Part shown: positions 1 to 9,438 of the stretch, piece after piece
Layout of the letters: every line of letters starts with the position of its first letter
Position numbering within the stretch: position 1 is the stretch's first letter
Translations under genes and position numbers: made by a program
NCBI GenBank assembly: GCA_900762015.1
Contig: CAAFEX010000038.1
Coordinates: 6,578-70,577 of the forward strand
Reading direction: 5' to 3'
Length of the DNA stretch: 64,000 nucleotides
From: an uncultured Collinsella sp.
GTDB lineage: Bacteria; Actinomycetota; Coriobacteriia; Coriobacteriales; Coriobacteriaceae
Notes under the pieces: generated by a model
Told to the model about the DNA's origin: nothing
Databases searched by the model: none
Seen by the model: the letters and a program-made list of their open reading frames with translations, nothing else

Positions 1-28
1 CAACGCGTTACGTAAACAACCGTATATC

Positions 29-1084
29 TTACCGCAGGCTTACCGAGTTCAAGAAACCACCTAATACTGGCTTGGCTTCGAGAAGACCGAGCTGAGGAAC
101 GATCTCGTCGCCGGCAGCGGTGCGACCAAGCGAGCGCGGGGCCAGGTCGTCAAGAACCGCAGCGAGATCCCACGGCAGCTCGTCGCGGCACTCAATGCGC
201 TCCCCCGTCACGGGATGGTCGAATGCAACACGCCAGGAATGAAGGAATTGCCTGGTCAGACCTTGATCGGCGCGTGCATCGCACTTGCCGTAGAGCGGAT
301 CGCCCACGCAGGCGTGGTTGATATGGCGCATATGCACGCGAATCTGATGTGTGCGGCCCGTAAACAGGTGGCACTCGACGAGCGTATAGCCGTCGTCAAA
401 ACGCGTGGAATCGAAGCGCTCGAGGACCTTAAAGGTCGTAATGGCCTGGCGCGCGAAAGGATCGTCCGAAACCGCCATCTTGACACGGTCACGCGTAGAA
501 CGGGCAATGCCGGTGTTAATGGTGCCCTCATCCATAGCGATATGTCCGTGAACGAGCGTGATATAGCGACGATCGAGCGTGCGCGTGCGAATGAGATTTT
601 GGAGTGCGCGCTGCGTGTCGTCGTCTTTTGCCGCAAGCATGAGGCCCGAGGTATCGCGATCCAAACGATGCACGATGCCGGGGCGGTCCTCACCCTGCAC
701 GGTACCAAGATGGTCGATGCCACAGTGGTAGACCAGGGCGTTCGCAAGGGTGCCGTTCTCGTGGCCATGGGCGGGATGGCACACCAGGCCGCGCTGCTTG
801 GAGAGCACGATGAGGTAGTCGTCCTCGTAACGGATATCGAGGGGGATGGCCTCGGGAATCACATCAGTGGGATCATGCGGCTCGGGCAGGTCGACCGAGA
901 TACGGTCACCGGAGCGCACAGCATATTTTTTTGATAGGCAGGTCTCGCCGTTCACGATTACGGCGCCGCCCTCGATCAGATGCGCGCAGGCAGAGCGCGT
1001 GGGGCAGCCGTCGTTGGCACCCAGAAAGGCGTCGAGACGCTGGCCAGAGCAATCGTCGGCAACAAGAATATGGATGTCGGCCAT
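29..1084 (-). CDS. rluD: RluA/RluD-family 23S rRNA pseudouridine synthase
   Basis: N-terminal S4-like RLDAFL segment, catalytic GIVHRLDRDTSG and TGRTHQIRVH motifs; adjacent to lspA. Confidence 0.9.
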   Translation of the reverse strand: MADIHILVADDCSGQRLDAFLGANDGCPTRSACAHLIEGGAVIVNGETCLSKKYAVRSGDRISVDLPEPHDPTDVIPEAIPLDIRYEDDYLIVLSKQRGLVCHPAHGHENGTLANALVYHCGIDHLGTVQGEDRPGIVHRLDRDTSGLMLAAKDDDTQRALQNLIRTRTLDRRYITLVHGHIAMDEGTINTGIARSTRDRVKMAVSDDPFARQAITTFKVLERFDSTRFDDGYTLVECHLFTGRTHQIRVHMRHINHACVGDPLYGKCDARADQGLTRQFLHSWRVAFDHPVTGERIECRDELPWDLAAVLDDLAPRSLGRTAAGDEIVPQLGLLEAKPVLGGFLNSVSLR

Positions 1085-1683
1085 TAACGCTCATTCCTTT
1101 CGCGAATCTTGCGGGCACGCTCCCCACGCTGCTTGGCTTTGCGCTTGGCGCGGGCCTCATCACGGGCATTGAGCTCGGCAGTCGCATCGACTTCGCGGGC
1201 CGCAGGGCTCAAGAACATGTAGCCGATGAGGGCAAGCACAACGCCTACGGTGATGCCGATATCGGCCACGTTAAAGACGGGAAAGTCGATGAAGGTGGTG
1301 GCAATAAAATCGGTCACAAAGCCAAAAGTCAGACGGTCGATCGCGTTGCCAATGGCGCCGCCCGCGACCATAGCCATGCCCACAACCTCCAAGCGAGCAA
1401 GCTGGGGCGCGCGAAGCAAGTACACGGCAATAGCGATAATGACCGCCAACGCCAGCACGGCAAACGCGATGCCATGCCCCTCGCCCATGCTAAAGGCAGC
1501 ACCGATATTGCGGACAAATAGAAAGTCGATCACACCGGGGATAACAGTCACATGCAAAGCGTCGCCCGCGGCACGAACCGCAAGCTTGGTCAGCTGGTCA
1601 ACAAGCAGCACAACCAGCGCCACCCCACCAGCAACACCCAACCGCCAACGCAAAGGCGGCGTCATATCCCCAGCACGACCCAA
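1084..1683 (-). CDS. lspA: Lipoprotein signal peptidase II
   Basis: DQLTK, RNIGAAFS, GAIGNAIDR and FPVFNVAD motifs; exact start uncertain (ATG at 1665 possible). Confidence 0.95.
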   Translation of the reverse strand: MGRAGDMTPPLRWRLGVAGGVALVVLLVDQLTKLAVRAAGDALHVTVIPGVIDFLFVRNIGAAFSMGEGHGIAFAVLALAVIIAIAVYLLRAPQLARLEVVGMAMVAGGAIGNAIDRLTFGFVTDFIATTFIDFPVFNVADIGITVGVVLALIGYMFLSPAAREVDATAELNARDEARAKRKAKQRGERARKIRERNER

Positions 1684-1796
1684 ATCAATCCCCTACCCTA
1701 AAGAACATCGAATTCCGTTTAACGCAATTAACCATCTTATATTGCCACACGCAGAGCGCACGACATATTCGCTAACGCCAGATAAATAACCAGCAT

Positions 1797-1836
1797 AAAA
1801 AGAAAGCGGCATTCCGAAAAACAGAATGCCGCTTTT
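1797..1836 (-). terminator. Intrinsic terminator downstream of ileS
   Basis: AAAGCGGCATTC/GAATGCCGCTTT inverted repeat flanked by T/A tracts. Confidence 0.75.
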
Positions 1837-1905
1837 ATTCAGCGGAGCAAATGGGCCGAAGGCGTCCAAATTCTCCCAATAACTAAAATGCCGAGTTACC
1901 GTGCC

Positions 1906-4707
1906 TTAAAGGGCATTCGCGCAGCGCTTGCAGATATGCGCGTGGCCGTTGTACTCGCCGACGGTGGTGCGGTAGTTCCAGCAACGGTCACAGCACTCGC
2001 CCTCGGCTGCCTCGATGGCAACGGAGAGTTCCTCGCCCTGGGTCAGCTCAACATCGGAAACGATGTAGAACTCGGCCAGGTCGACGGCCTTATCACCGGT
2101 CAGCAGCACGTACATCTCGGCGGGAACGACCGCCTTGACGCGGACCTGCTGGCTCTTGGTGAAGGTACCGGCGGAGCGGGCATCCTCAAGGGCCTTGGTC
2201 ACGGCGCTACGGAGCTCGAGTGAAGCCTCGAGCACGCCCTCAAACTCATTGGCCTCGTCGAACGTGATGGGCGACTTGTACCAATCGAGCAGCGCGGCGT
2301 ACTTCTGGTGATCGACGCAGCCGGCGGGCGCATAGGCCATGGCCTCGTCGACCGTGTAGGACAGGATCGGCTGAAGGTCGCGCATGAGCATCGAGAAGAG
2401 CTCGGCCAGCACGGTCTGGGCGCTGCGGCGCTCGAGCGAGCCGGGCTTCTCACAGTACAGACGGTCCTTCAGGGCGTCGAGATACACGTTGGAGAGCTCG
2501 GTAACCACGAAGTCGTAGAGCGCACGGTAGGCGCGCGGGAACTCGTAGCTGGCGTAGGCATCGTCGACCTCGGCCTGAACCTGGGTCAGACGGGCAACCA
2601 TGAGCTTGTCGAGCGGCAGCAGGTCGGCAAAGGCGACGCCGTCGGTCTCGGGCTCAAACTGACCCTCGAGCTCGGAGAGCAGGAAGCGCAGCGTGTTGCG
2701 GAAACGACGGTAGGCATCGGACGTACGAGCAAGAATCTCGTGGTCGATGGACACGTCGGAGCTGGTATCGACAGATGCAACCCACAGACGGATGATGTCG
2801 GCGCCCATCTCGTCGCAGACCTTATTGGGGTCGATGACGTTGCCGAGCGACTTGGACATCTTTCGACCCTGGCCGTCGAGGGTGAAGCCCTGCGAGACGA
2901 CCGCCTTGTACGGAGCGTGGCCATTGGCACCCACCGAGGTGAGCAGCGAGCTCTGGAACCAACCGCGGTGCTGGTCGGAGCCCTCGAGGTACACATCCGC
3001 CGGGTACTCCAGCTCGGGGCGGTACTCGCAGACGGCCTTCCAAGACACGCCGGAGTCCCACCACACGTCGAGAATGTCCTTATCAGCCTTGAGGTGATGG
3101 CCGCCACACTTGGGGCAAACGCAAGACTCGCCCAGGTAGCTCTCGGGAGCGTCGGTAAACCAGGCGTCGGAGCCCTTCTCGTGGAAGAGCTTGATGACGG
3201 CGTCGAGCGTGGCGTCGTTCATGACCTTCTCGCCGCAGTCGGCGCAAGTGTAGCTGGGGATAGGCACGCCCCAGTTGCGCTGACGGCTGATGCACCAGTC
3301 GGGACGCTGCTCGACCATGGCGCCGATGCGGTTGGCGGCGTGAGCCGGATACCACTTGACGTTCTCGCGGACCTCTTTGCCAGCCTGCTCGCGCAGACCG
3401 GTCTTGTCCATCGAGACGAACCACTGGTCGGTAGCACGGAAGAGCACCGGGTGCTTGCAGCGCCAGCAGTGCGGATAGCTGTGCGTGATCTTCTTCTCGA
3501 GGACCAGGGTGCCGCGCTCGCGCAGGAACTCGATGATGTGCGGGTTGGCCTCGTCGGTATCCATGCCGCTGAAGGGGCCGCCGGTGCCAAACTCCTCGCC
3601 GGTGTAGAACTTGCCGTCGTCATCGACCGGCATGCAAATGTCGGTGATGCCCTCCTTGAGGCAGGCGAAGTAGTCGTCGACGCCGTGACCGGGCGAGTTG
3701 TGGACGATACCGGTACCGTCATCGACACCGACGTAATCGGCCAACAGCGCAACGCCCTCGACACCGTCAAAGATCGGCTGCTTATAGTGAATGTGATGGA
3801 AGGTCTCGGCGGGAACCACATAGGGCTTGCCGTCGACCACAACCGGGGTGTACTCCCAGCCAAACTCCTCGCAGCACTTGGGAGCTAGGTCCTCGAGCAT
3901 GACCTCGGCGCGGCCGTCGTGCTCAACGGCGACGTAGGCGGCACCGGGCTTGAGAGAAACTGCCTGGTCGGAGGGGATGGTCCACGGCGTGGTCGTCCAG
4001 ATGATAAAGTCAACCGGGCCGTCGAAGTTCTCGAGGCCGGCGGGCTTGGAGGTCATCTCAAAGCGCACGAAGATGGAGGGGCTCGTCTCGTCGGAGTACT
4101 CGATCTCGGCCTCGGCGAGTGCGGTGTGGCAGTGCTTGCACCAGTGGACGGGCTTGTGGCCACGATAGATCATGCCCTTGTCGAACATAGCCTTGAAGAC
4201 CTCGATGTCGGCAGCGTCGTGCTGGTGGTAGAGCGTCAGATACGGGTTGTCCCAGTCGCCGAGCACACCCAGTCGACGGAAACCGGCCTTCTGCAGCTCG
4301 ATGTTCTCGACAGCGAACTTGTTGCAGAGCTCACGGATCTTAGCCGTGGAGGTCTGGTTGAACTTCTCGGTGCCGAGCTTCTCCTCGACCTTGTGCTCGA
4401 TCGGCTGACCGTGGCAGTCCCAACCGGGGACATAGGGGACCTCAAAGCCCTGCATCATCCAGTAACGGTTGATCATGTCCTTGGAGATCTTGTTCATGGC
4501 GTGGCCGATGTGAATCGGGCCGTTCGCGTACGGAGGGCCGTCGTGCAGCACAAACTTCTTGTGACCCTCGTTCTTCTTCAGAACTTGCTCGTAGACCTTG
4601 TTGTCTTGCCAGTCCTTGAGTCGCTTGGGCTCAGACTTGGAAAGACCGGCACGCATGGGAAATCCGGTTTTGGGCAGATTCATCGTCTGCTTGTACTCGT
4701 TTGCCAC
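1906..4707 (-). CDS. ileS: Isoleucine--tRNA ligase
   Basis: HDGPPYANGPIHIGH (HIGH), KMSKS and C-terminal CDRCW..CKRC Zn finger; GTG start at 4707 after GAAAGGGG RBS. Confidence 0.98.
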   Translation of the reverse strand: MANEYKQTMNLPKTGFPMRAGLSKSEPKRLKDWQDNKVYEQVLKKNEGHKKFVLHDGPPYANGPIHIGHAMNKISKDMINRYWMMQGFEVPYVPGWDCHGQPIEHKVEEKLGTEKFNQTSTAKIRELCNKFAVENIELQKAGFRRLGVLGDWDNPYLTLYHQHDAADIEVFKAMFDKGMIYRGHKPVHWCKHCHTALAEAEIEYSDETSPSIFVRFEMTSKPAGLENFDGPVDFIIWTTTPWTIPSDQAVSLKPGAAYVAVEHDGRAEVMLEDLAPKCCEEFGWEYTPVVVDGKPYVVPAETFHHIHYKQPIFDGVEGVALLADYVGVDDGTGIVHNSPGHGVDDYFACLKEGITDICMPVDDDGKFYTGEEFGTGGPFSGMDTDEANPHIIEFLRERGTLVLEKKITHSYPHCWRCKHPVLFRATDQWFVSMDKTGLREQAGKEVRENVKWYPAHAANRIGAMVEQRPDWCISRQRNWGVPIPSYTCADCGEKVMNDATLDAVIKLFHEKGSDAWFTDAPESYLGESCVCPKCGGHHLKADKDILDVWWDSGVSWKAVCEYRPELEYPADVYLEGSDQHRGWFQSSLLTSVGANGHAPYKAVVSQGFTLDGQGRKMSKSLGNVIDPNKVCDEMGADIIRLWVASVDTSSDVSIDHEILARTSDAYRRFRNTLRFLLSELEGQFEPETDGVAFADLLPLDKLMVARLTQVQAEVDDAYASYEFPRAYRALYDFVVTELSNVYLDALKDRLYCEKPGSLERRSAQTVLAELFSMLMRDLQPILSYTVDEAMAYAPAGCVDHQKYAALLDWYKSPITFDEANEFEGVLEASLELRSAVTKALEDARSAGTFTKSQQVRVKAVVPAEMYVLLTGDKAVDLAEFYIVSDVELTQGEELSVAIEAAEGECCDRCWNYRTTVGEYNGHAHICKRCANAL

Positions 4708-4750
4708 GGTACCCCTTTCTTGACGTGGGCGCGCACGCCCTCTGGGCACC

Positions 4751-5055
4751 AAAAAAGCGCCCGTCCCTACAAGCTGGGACGAAGCGCCACAAAACGGGCA
4801 GTGTGCCCGCAAAAGCTCTTCGCTTAACCACCCAGCTTAGATGCCCTCGCCCGCGTCGCCGCGCGCTCGCATCCGTTACTCGGCTGGCCTGTATCGACGA
4901 CCATCTCGGCGATGTCTACTAAGACGCATCTGTTGGGTACGTCCGTTGGGACCGCAGCTCCGGGGTGATTTTCATCGGTCGCATGCACGGGTTCTCAGCA
5001 CTCCCCGCTCTCTGTGGCATGCGGATGGCCGACTACTCGTCCCCATCAACGCTTA
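4751..5055 (-). promoter_or_regulatory. T-box riboswitch (Ile, AUC specifier) with antiterminator and intrinsic terminator
   Basis: Minus strand: stem I with AGUA, AGAGA bulge, GCUGAG loop and GAAAAUC specifier (AUC at 4967-4969); antiterminator AAGCUGGG-UGGUUAA-GCGAAG..CUUCGU-CCCAGCUU; terminator GCGCUUCGUCCC/GGGACGGGCGC+U6 at 4751-4787. Confidence 0.9.
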
Positions 5056-5205
5056 TGCGGTGTATGCTAGCACGTTCTGCGTCGGCGAAAAACCCTCAAC
5101 ACTGGTTTTATACGTTCGGAATTTTGGTTTGAAATTCTCGCGACTGATGCAGCCGCTTTGGAGCAAAATACCTGAAAGTACTTTATCGAGCGAAAGAAGG
5201 TTGCC

Positions 5206-6294
5206 ATGCGCACGATTGGAATGAGTGACTATACCGTCGGCGAGGACTGCTTTGACGAGTTGCCCGCCGCATTGGCCGAGTACGGGGCGACCAAAGTTGC
5301 CATCATTGGCGGTAAGCGAGCCCTGGCTGCGGCGCTGCCGGGAATCGAGGCGGCACTTGAAGGTACCGATGTCGAGGTCCTGGAGACGCGCGTCTATGGC
5401 ACCAACAGTACGCGTGCCAATATCGCCAAGGTCGTGAACTCCCCTGCCTGCCAGGAAGCCGACGTGCTCATCGCATGCGGCGGCGGCAAGGCGCTCGACA
5501 CCGTGAAGACCGCAGCCATCGGGCTCAAGAAGATCGTCTTCACCGTCCCGACGATCTGTTCTAACTGCTCCGCCGCGACCGCCATTGCCGTCGTGTACAA
5601 CGACGACGGCTCGCTCGAGGGCTATTCGTACCCCAACCGCCCCGCGCATATCTTCATCAACCCCAAGATCATCGCCGAGGCACCGGCGGAGTACTTCTGG
5701 GCCGGCGTGGGCGACGCCCTGTCTAAGCAGCCCGAGGTCGAGTACGCCACGAGCGCCGGTGACCTGGAGCACACGGCCGGCCTTGGCCTGGCACTTGCCC
5801 ATACCTGCTCCGAGCCGCTGTTTACCTATGGCGTCCAGGGCCTCGAGGATGTGCGTCAGGACCTGTCGAGCGAGGCTGTAAAACAGATCGCGCTCGACAT
5901 CGTGGTCAACACCGGCTATGTCTCGAACCTCACGAACCAGAACGATTACTACTACAACTCGAGCGTGGCGCACGCGTTCTACAACGCCACCTGTAGCATT
6001 CCGCGCGAGGGAACGTATCTGCACGGCGAGGTCGTAAGCCTGGGCGTGCTCGTGCTGTTTGCCTATACGGGCGATACCGAGAACCTTGAGCGCTACGCCG
6101 CCTTTAACAAGCAGATGGGCCTGCCCGTGACGCTTGAGCAGGTCGGCCTTACCGAGGCGGATATCCCGACGCTGTGCAAGTTCGCTCATTCCACCAACGA
6201 GTGGAAGCAGGGCAACCCGGAGCCCTTCACCGATGAGAAGTTCGCCGCCGCCATCAAGGCCGCCAACGCCTACGGCCACTCTATCCTGGCCTAA
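5206..6294 (+). CDS. Iron-containing alcohol dehydrogenase family, glycerol dehydrogenase-like
   Basis: GGGKALD, VPTICS, GVGDALSK, and metal-binding AH and HGE motifs. Confidence 0.85.
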   Translation: MRTIGMSDYTVGEDCFDELPAALAEYGATKVAIIGGKRALAAALPGIEAALEGTDVEVLETRVYGTNSTRANIAKVVNSPACQEADVLIACGGGKALDTVKTAAIGLKKIVFTVPTICSNCSAATAIAVVYNDDGSLEGYSYPNRPAHIFINPKIIAEAPAEYFWAGVGDALSKQPEVEYATSAGDLEHTAGLGLALAHTCSEPLFTYGVQGLEDVRQDLSSEAVKQIALDIVVNTGYVSNLTNQNDYYYNSSVAHAFYNATCSIPREGTYLHGEVVSLGVLVLFAYTGDTENLERYAAFNKQMGLPVTLEQVGLTEADIPTLCKFAHSTNEWKQGNPEPFTDEKFAAAIKAANAYGHSILA

Positions 6295-6300
6295 CCGACC

Positions 6301-6341
6301 AAAACCGCCACAAAGGGGACAGTACCTTTGTGGCGGTTTTT
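6301..6341. terminator. Bidirectional intrinsic terminator between convergent genes
   Basis: AAAACCGCCACAAAGG/CCTTTGTGGCGGTTTT perfect inverted repeat. Confidence 0.85.
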
Positions 6342-6802
6342 TATTGCTGTAACATGCTCGAGTCGAATTCGCTTGCCGGGATCACGCGGTAGCCGTGGCG
6401 CAGGAGCATGTCAACGAAGACACCGTTACCCGTTGTGAGCGTGCCGCTGAAGGATCCGTCGTAGATATGGCCCACGCCACACGACGGACTGCGATCCTGC
6501 AAGACGCACGCAGTAATCTCGGACGGGCCGCCCGCTTGCTCGCACATATCGAGCGCACGTTGAGCGCCTAGACGAAACTCGCGATCGACTGAGGTACCCT
6601 CGCAGGTACGGACCTCGCCATTCACAATCTCGGACGGCTTGCGCGGCGTGGGCAGGCCGCCAAAGACCTCGGGGCACACCAACAAGACCTCAGTCCCCGT
6701 GCGTTCGCAGGCCTCGACCAACGCGCGATGATAGTTGTCGAGCCCGTTATACTTGCAGCTCTCGCCCATCAAGCAGGCGCTCACCACGATCTTCATTTCC
6801 AT
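6341..6802 (-). CDS. DUF523 / 2-thiouracil desulfurase (TudS) family Fe-S protein
   Basis: SACLMG..CKYNG, VCPEVFGGLPTPR and SPSCG motifs; start at 6802 or 6796. Confidence 0.85.
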   Translation of the reverse strand: MEMKIVVSACLMGESCKYNGLDNYHRALVEACERTGTEVLLVCPEVFGGLPTPRKPSEIVNGEVRTCEGTSVDREFRLGAQRALDMCEQAGGPSEITACVLQDRSPSCGVGHIYDGSFSGTLTTGNGVFVDMLLRHGYRVIPASEFDSSMLQQ

Positions 6803-6811
6803 CCCTCTCAA

Positions 6812-6851
6812 GCAAAACGCCCCATTTGAGAAAGCTGCTCAAATGGGGCGT
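6812..6851 (-). terminator. Probable terminator after ftsH
   Basis: ACGCCCCATTTGAG/CTCAAATGGGGCGT stem followed by TTT on the minus strand. Confidence 0.65.
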
Positions 6852-6877
6852 CGGCGTTTACTGGCTCGACCGCGGCT

Positions 6878-8785
6878 TTACTGTTGCTTGGGCATCAGCG
6901 GATTCTCGCGCGTGAGGAGGTTCATGAACTCCTCACCCGTGATGGTCTCCTTCTTGTACAGATAACGAGCCAGCTCATGGAGCTTGAACTTGTTCTCCTT
7001 GAGGATCTGCAGGGCGCGATCGTGCGCATCCTCAATCAGCTTAGCGACAATCGCGTCCACACGCTCGGCCGTACCAGGGGCGCAGGTGAGCGACGTGTCC
7101 TGATTGAGATACGCGTTCTGCACGGTACCGAGCGCCATCATGCCAAACTCGTCGGACATACCAAAGCGCGTCACCATGTTGCGGGCGAGCTTGGTGGCCT
7201 GTTCGATATCGTTGGCGGCACCGGTCGTCATCTCGCCAAAGATGAGTTCCTCGGCCGCACGGCCGCCGCAGTAGACGGCAAGCTTGTCCAAGACCTCCTG
7301 GCGTGTCGTCAGGAAGCGCTCGTCCTCCTCGACCTGCATGGTATAGCCAAGAGCACCGCTCGTGCGCGGCACGATGGTGATCTTGGTAACCGGCGCGGAA
7401 CCCTTTTGGCGGGCAGCGACGATGGCATGACCGATCTCGTGGTAGGAAACGACCTGCTTCTCATGGTCGGAAAGCACCGTGGACTTACGCTGTTGGCCGG
7501 CAATGACGACCTCCACCGACTCCTCGAAGTCATCCTGGGTTGCACGCTTGCGACCCTCGCGAACGGCGCGCAGGGCGCCCTCGTTGATGATATTGGCCAG
7601 GTCGGCGCCCGAGGCACCGGGCGTGGCGCGGGCAATCGCGGTCAGATCGATCGGCGGCTCGGTCTTCACACTCTTGGCGTGAAGCTCGAGGATGTTCTTA
7701 CGACCGGTCAGATCGGGCAACTCGACGGGAATGCGGCGGTCAAAACGACCGGGGCGAAGCAGCGCCGGATCGAGACTGTCGGGGCGGTTGGTTGCGGCAA
7801 GGACAACGATACCCTTGTGGTTATCGAAGCCATCCATCTCAGTCAGCAACTGATTGAGCGTCTGCTCGCGCTCGTCGTTGCCGCTAAAGCCGCCGCCATC
7901 ACGCTTCTTACCGATGGTATCGATCTCATCGATAAAGACGATACACGGGGCCTTTTCCTTGGCCTGCTTAAACAGGTCACGAACCTTTGCAGCGCCGCGA
8001 CCAACAAACATCTCAACGAACTCAGAGCCCGAAATACTAAAGAACGGAACACCGGCCTCGCCGGCAACAGCCTTGGCAAGCAGGGTCTTACCGGTACCCG
8101 GAGGGCCAACAAGGAGAGCACCGCGCGGCAGCTTGGCGCCGATCTCCTCGTAGCGCTGCGGCTTCTCCAGAAAGTCGACGACCTCCTTGAGAGACTCCTT
8201 GGCCTCTTCCTGGCCGGCGACGTCCTTAAAGGTCACGCCCACGTCCTTGGAGGCGATCACGCGCGCGCCGGACTTACCCAGTCCGCCACCGCCAAAACCG
8301 CCGCCGCCAAAGTTCATCGACGGGCCGTCATCACCCATGGCCTTCTTCATGCGGCGGTTGAGCCACCAGCCGATCAGGAAGAAAATCGCCATGGGAAGGA
8401 TGAGCGTAAGCAGGTAGTAGGTCATCAAACCCGAGTTTTTATCGGGAACGACCGACTCCAGCGAAGCGCCAGACTCAAGCACGCGATCGGTAAAGCCCGC
8501 ATCGTTCGGCACACCGGTCGTCTTATAGGCGATGTTCTCGTCCTCGCCCTTCTTGGTGTAATAAATCGAGTAATCGTCCGTGTTGTACTCGACCTTGTCG
8601 ACACTCTTCTTATCGAGCGCTTTGACAAACGTCGAGTAATCGGTCTTCGTAATCTGCTGCGTGTGACCGATGTTAGGGAACAGAACGGTCGAGAGCACGA
8701 GGTAGACGACGAAGGCGATGAGCACGTAGAGGATCATATTCCGTCTACGTTTGTTGTCATCCATCTCCATCTGCTTGAACTCCAT
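6878..8785 (-). CDS. ftsH: ATP-dependent zinc metalloprotease FtsH
   Basis: Two N-terminal TM helices, Walker A GPPGTGKT, Walker B FIDEID, SRH RPGRFDR, HEIGH zinc motif. Confidence 0.97.
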   Translation of the reverse strand: MEFKQMEMDDNKRRRNMILYVLIAFVVYLVLSTVLFPNIGHTQQITKTDYSTFVKALDKKSVDKVEYNTDDYSIYYTKKGEDENIAYKTTGVPNDAGFTDRVLESGASLESVVPDKNSGLMTYYLLTLILPMAIFFLIGWWLNRRMKKAMGDDGPSMNFGGGGFGGGGLGKSGARVIASKDVGVTFKDVAGQEEAKESLKEVVDFLEKPQRYEEIGAKLPRGALLVGPPGTGKTLLAKAVAGEAGVPFFSISGSEFVEMFVGRGAAKVRDLFKQAKEKAPCIVFIDEIDTIGKKRDGGGFSGNDEREQTLNQLLTEMDGFDNHKGIVVLAATNRPDSLDPALLRPGRFDRRIPVELPDLTGRKNILELHAKSVKTEPPIDLTAIARATPGASGADLANIINEGALRAVREGRKRATQDDFEESVEVVIAGQQRKSTVLSDHEKQVVSYHEIGHAIVAARQKGSAPVTKITIVPRTSGALGYTMQVEEDERFLTTRQEVLDKLAVYCGGRAAEELIFGEMTTGAANDIEQATKLARNMVTRFGMSDEFGMMALGTVQNAYLNQDTSLTCAPGTAERVDAIVAKLIEDAHDRALQILKENKFKLHELARYLYKKETITGEEFMNLLTRENPLMPKQQ

Positions 8786-8862
8786 CTACTGGGGTTGATA
8801 ATTCTAACTAGAATACCCAACCCGGCCGGCGATAAACCGACGCCGGGCACGAAAGGACAGAG

Positions 8863-9348
8863 ATGGCATCACTCGAAGTCGGCAAGGTTCAAATCTATAC
8901 GGGCGATGGCAAGGGCAAGACGACGGCTGCGCTGGGGCTCGCGCTGCGCGCCACGGGCTATGGACTTAACGTGCTCATGCTTCAGTTTGCCAAGAAGCTG
9001 CACTGCGCCGAACATGACGCAGCGCCTCGATTGGGGCTACGCATCGTACAAGCCGACCGCGACACACCCGAAGCCTGCGCCGCACAGATCATGGAGCTCG
9101 CACGCGAGCAAATCTCACAGGTCGACGTTCTGATTTTGGACGAACTCGGCGAGGCCATGCGCCGCGGCTTCGTGACGCGCGAGGATGTCGAGGAACTGAT
9201 CGCGATGAAACCCGACACCACAGAGCTCATACTGACCGGCCGCGGCTTGCTGCCACTCGCCGACCTTGCTGACCTGGTCACCGAAATGCGCCCCGTCAAA
9301 CACTACTTCGACGAAGGCCTCCTGGCCCGCCAAGGCATCGAATACTAA
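8863..9348 (+). CDS. cobO: Cob(I)alamin adenosyltransferase (CobO/BtuR family)
   Basis: YTGDGKGKTTAALG P-loop, ILDE, ELILTGR, ADLVTEM, KHYF..G..ARQGIEY. Confidence 0.9.
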   Translation: MASLEVGKVQIYTGDGKGKTTAALGLALRATGYGLNVLMLQFAKKLHCAEHDAAPRLGLRIVQADRDTPEACAAQIMELAREQISQVDVLILDELGEAMRRGFVTREDVEELIAMKPDTTELILTGRGLLPLADLADLVTEMRPVKHYFDEGLLARQGIEY

Positions 9349-9438
9349 TTGATCCGAAGGGGACGGAGGAAAACGGATCATCGACATCACGACGGAGAGA
9401 AATGATCCGTTCTCCTCCGTCCCCTACGGATCAATTAG
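9345..9438. repeat. Long inverted repeat (37-bp arms, GGGGACGG core), REP-like
   Basis: 9345-9381 matches the reverse complement of 9402-9438 at 35/37; arms include the stop codons of both flanking genes. Confidence 0.85.

Noticed and set aside
4708..4812. N-terminal extension of the ileS ORF
   Set aside because: Falls within the T-box terminator/antiterminator; GTG 4707 has the RBS
6314..6322. GGGGACAG within the terminator, and GGGACG in the 42206-42246 hairpin
   Set aside because: Short ordinary terminators lacking the long bracketed-arm architecture; not counted in the REP-like family
6884..9133. Long antisense ORFs (749 aa opposite ftsH; similarly opposite smc, fakA, infB, leuS)
   Set aside because: Shadow ORFs expected from high-GC codon bias; they mirror well-supported genes and have no recognisable motifs
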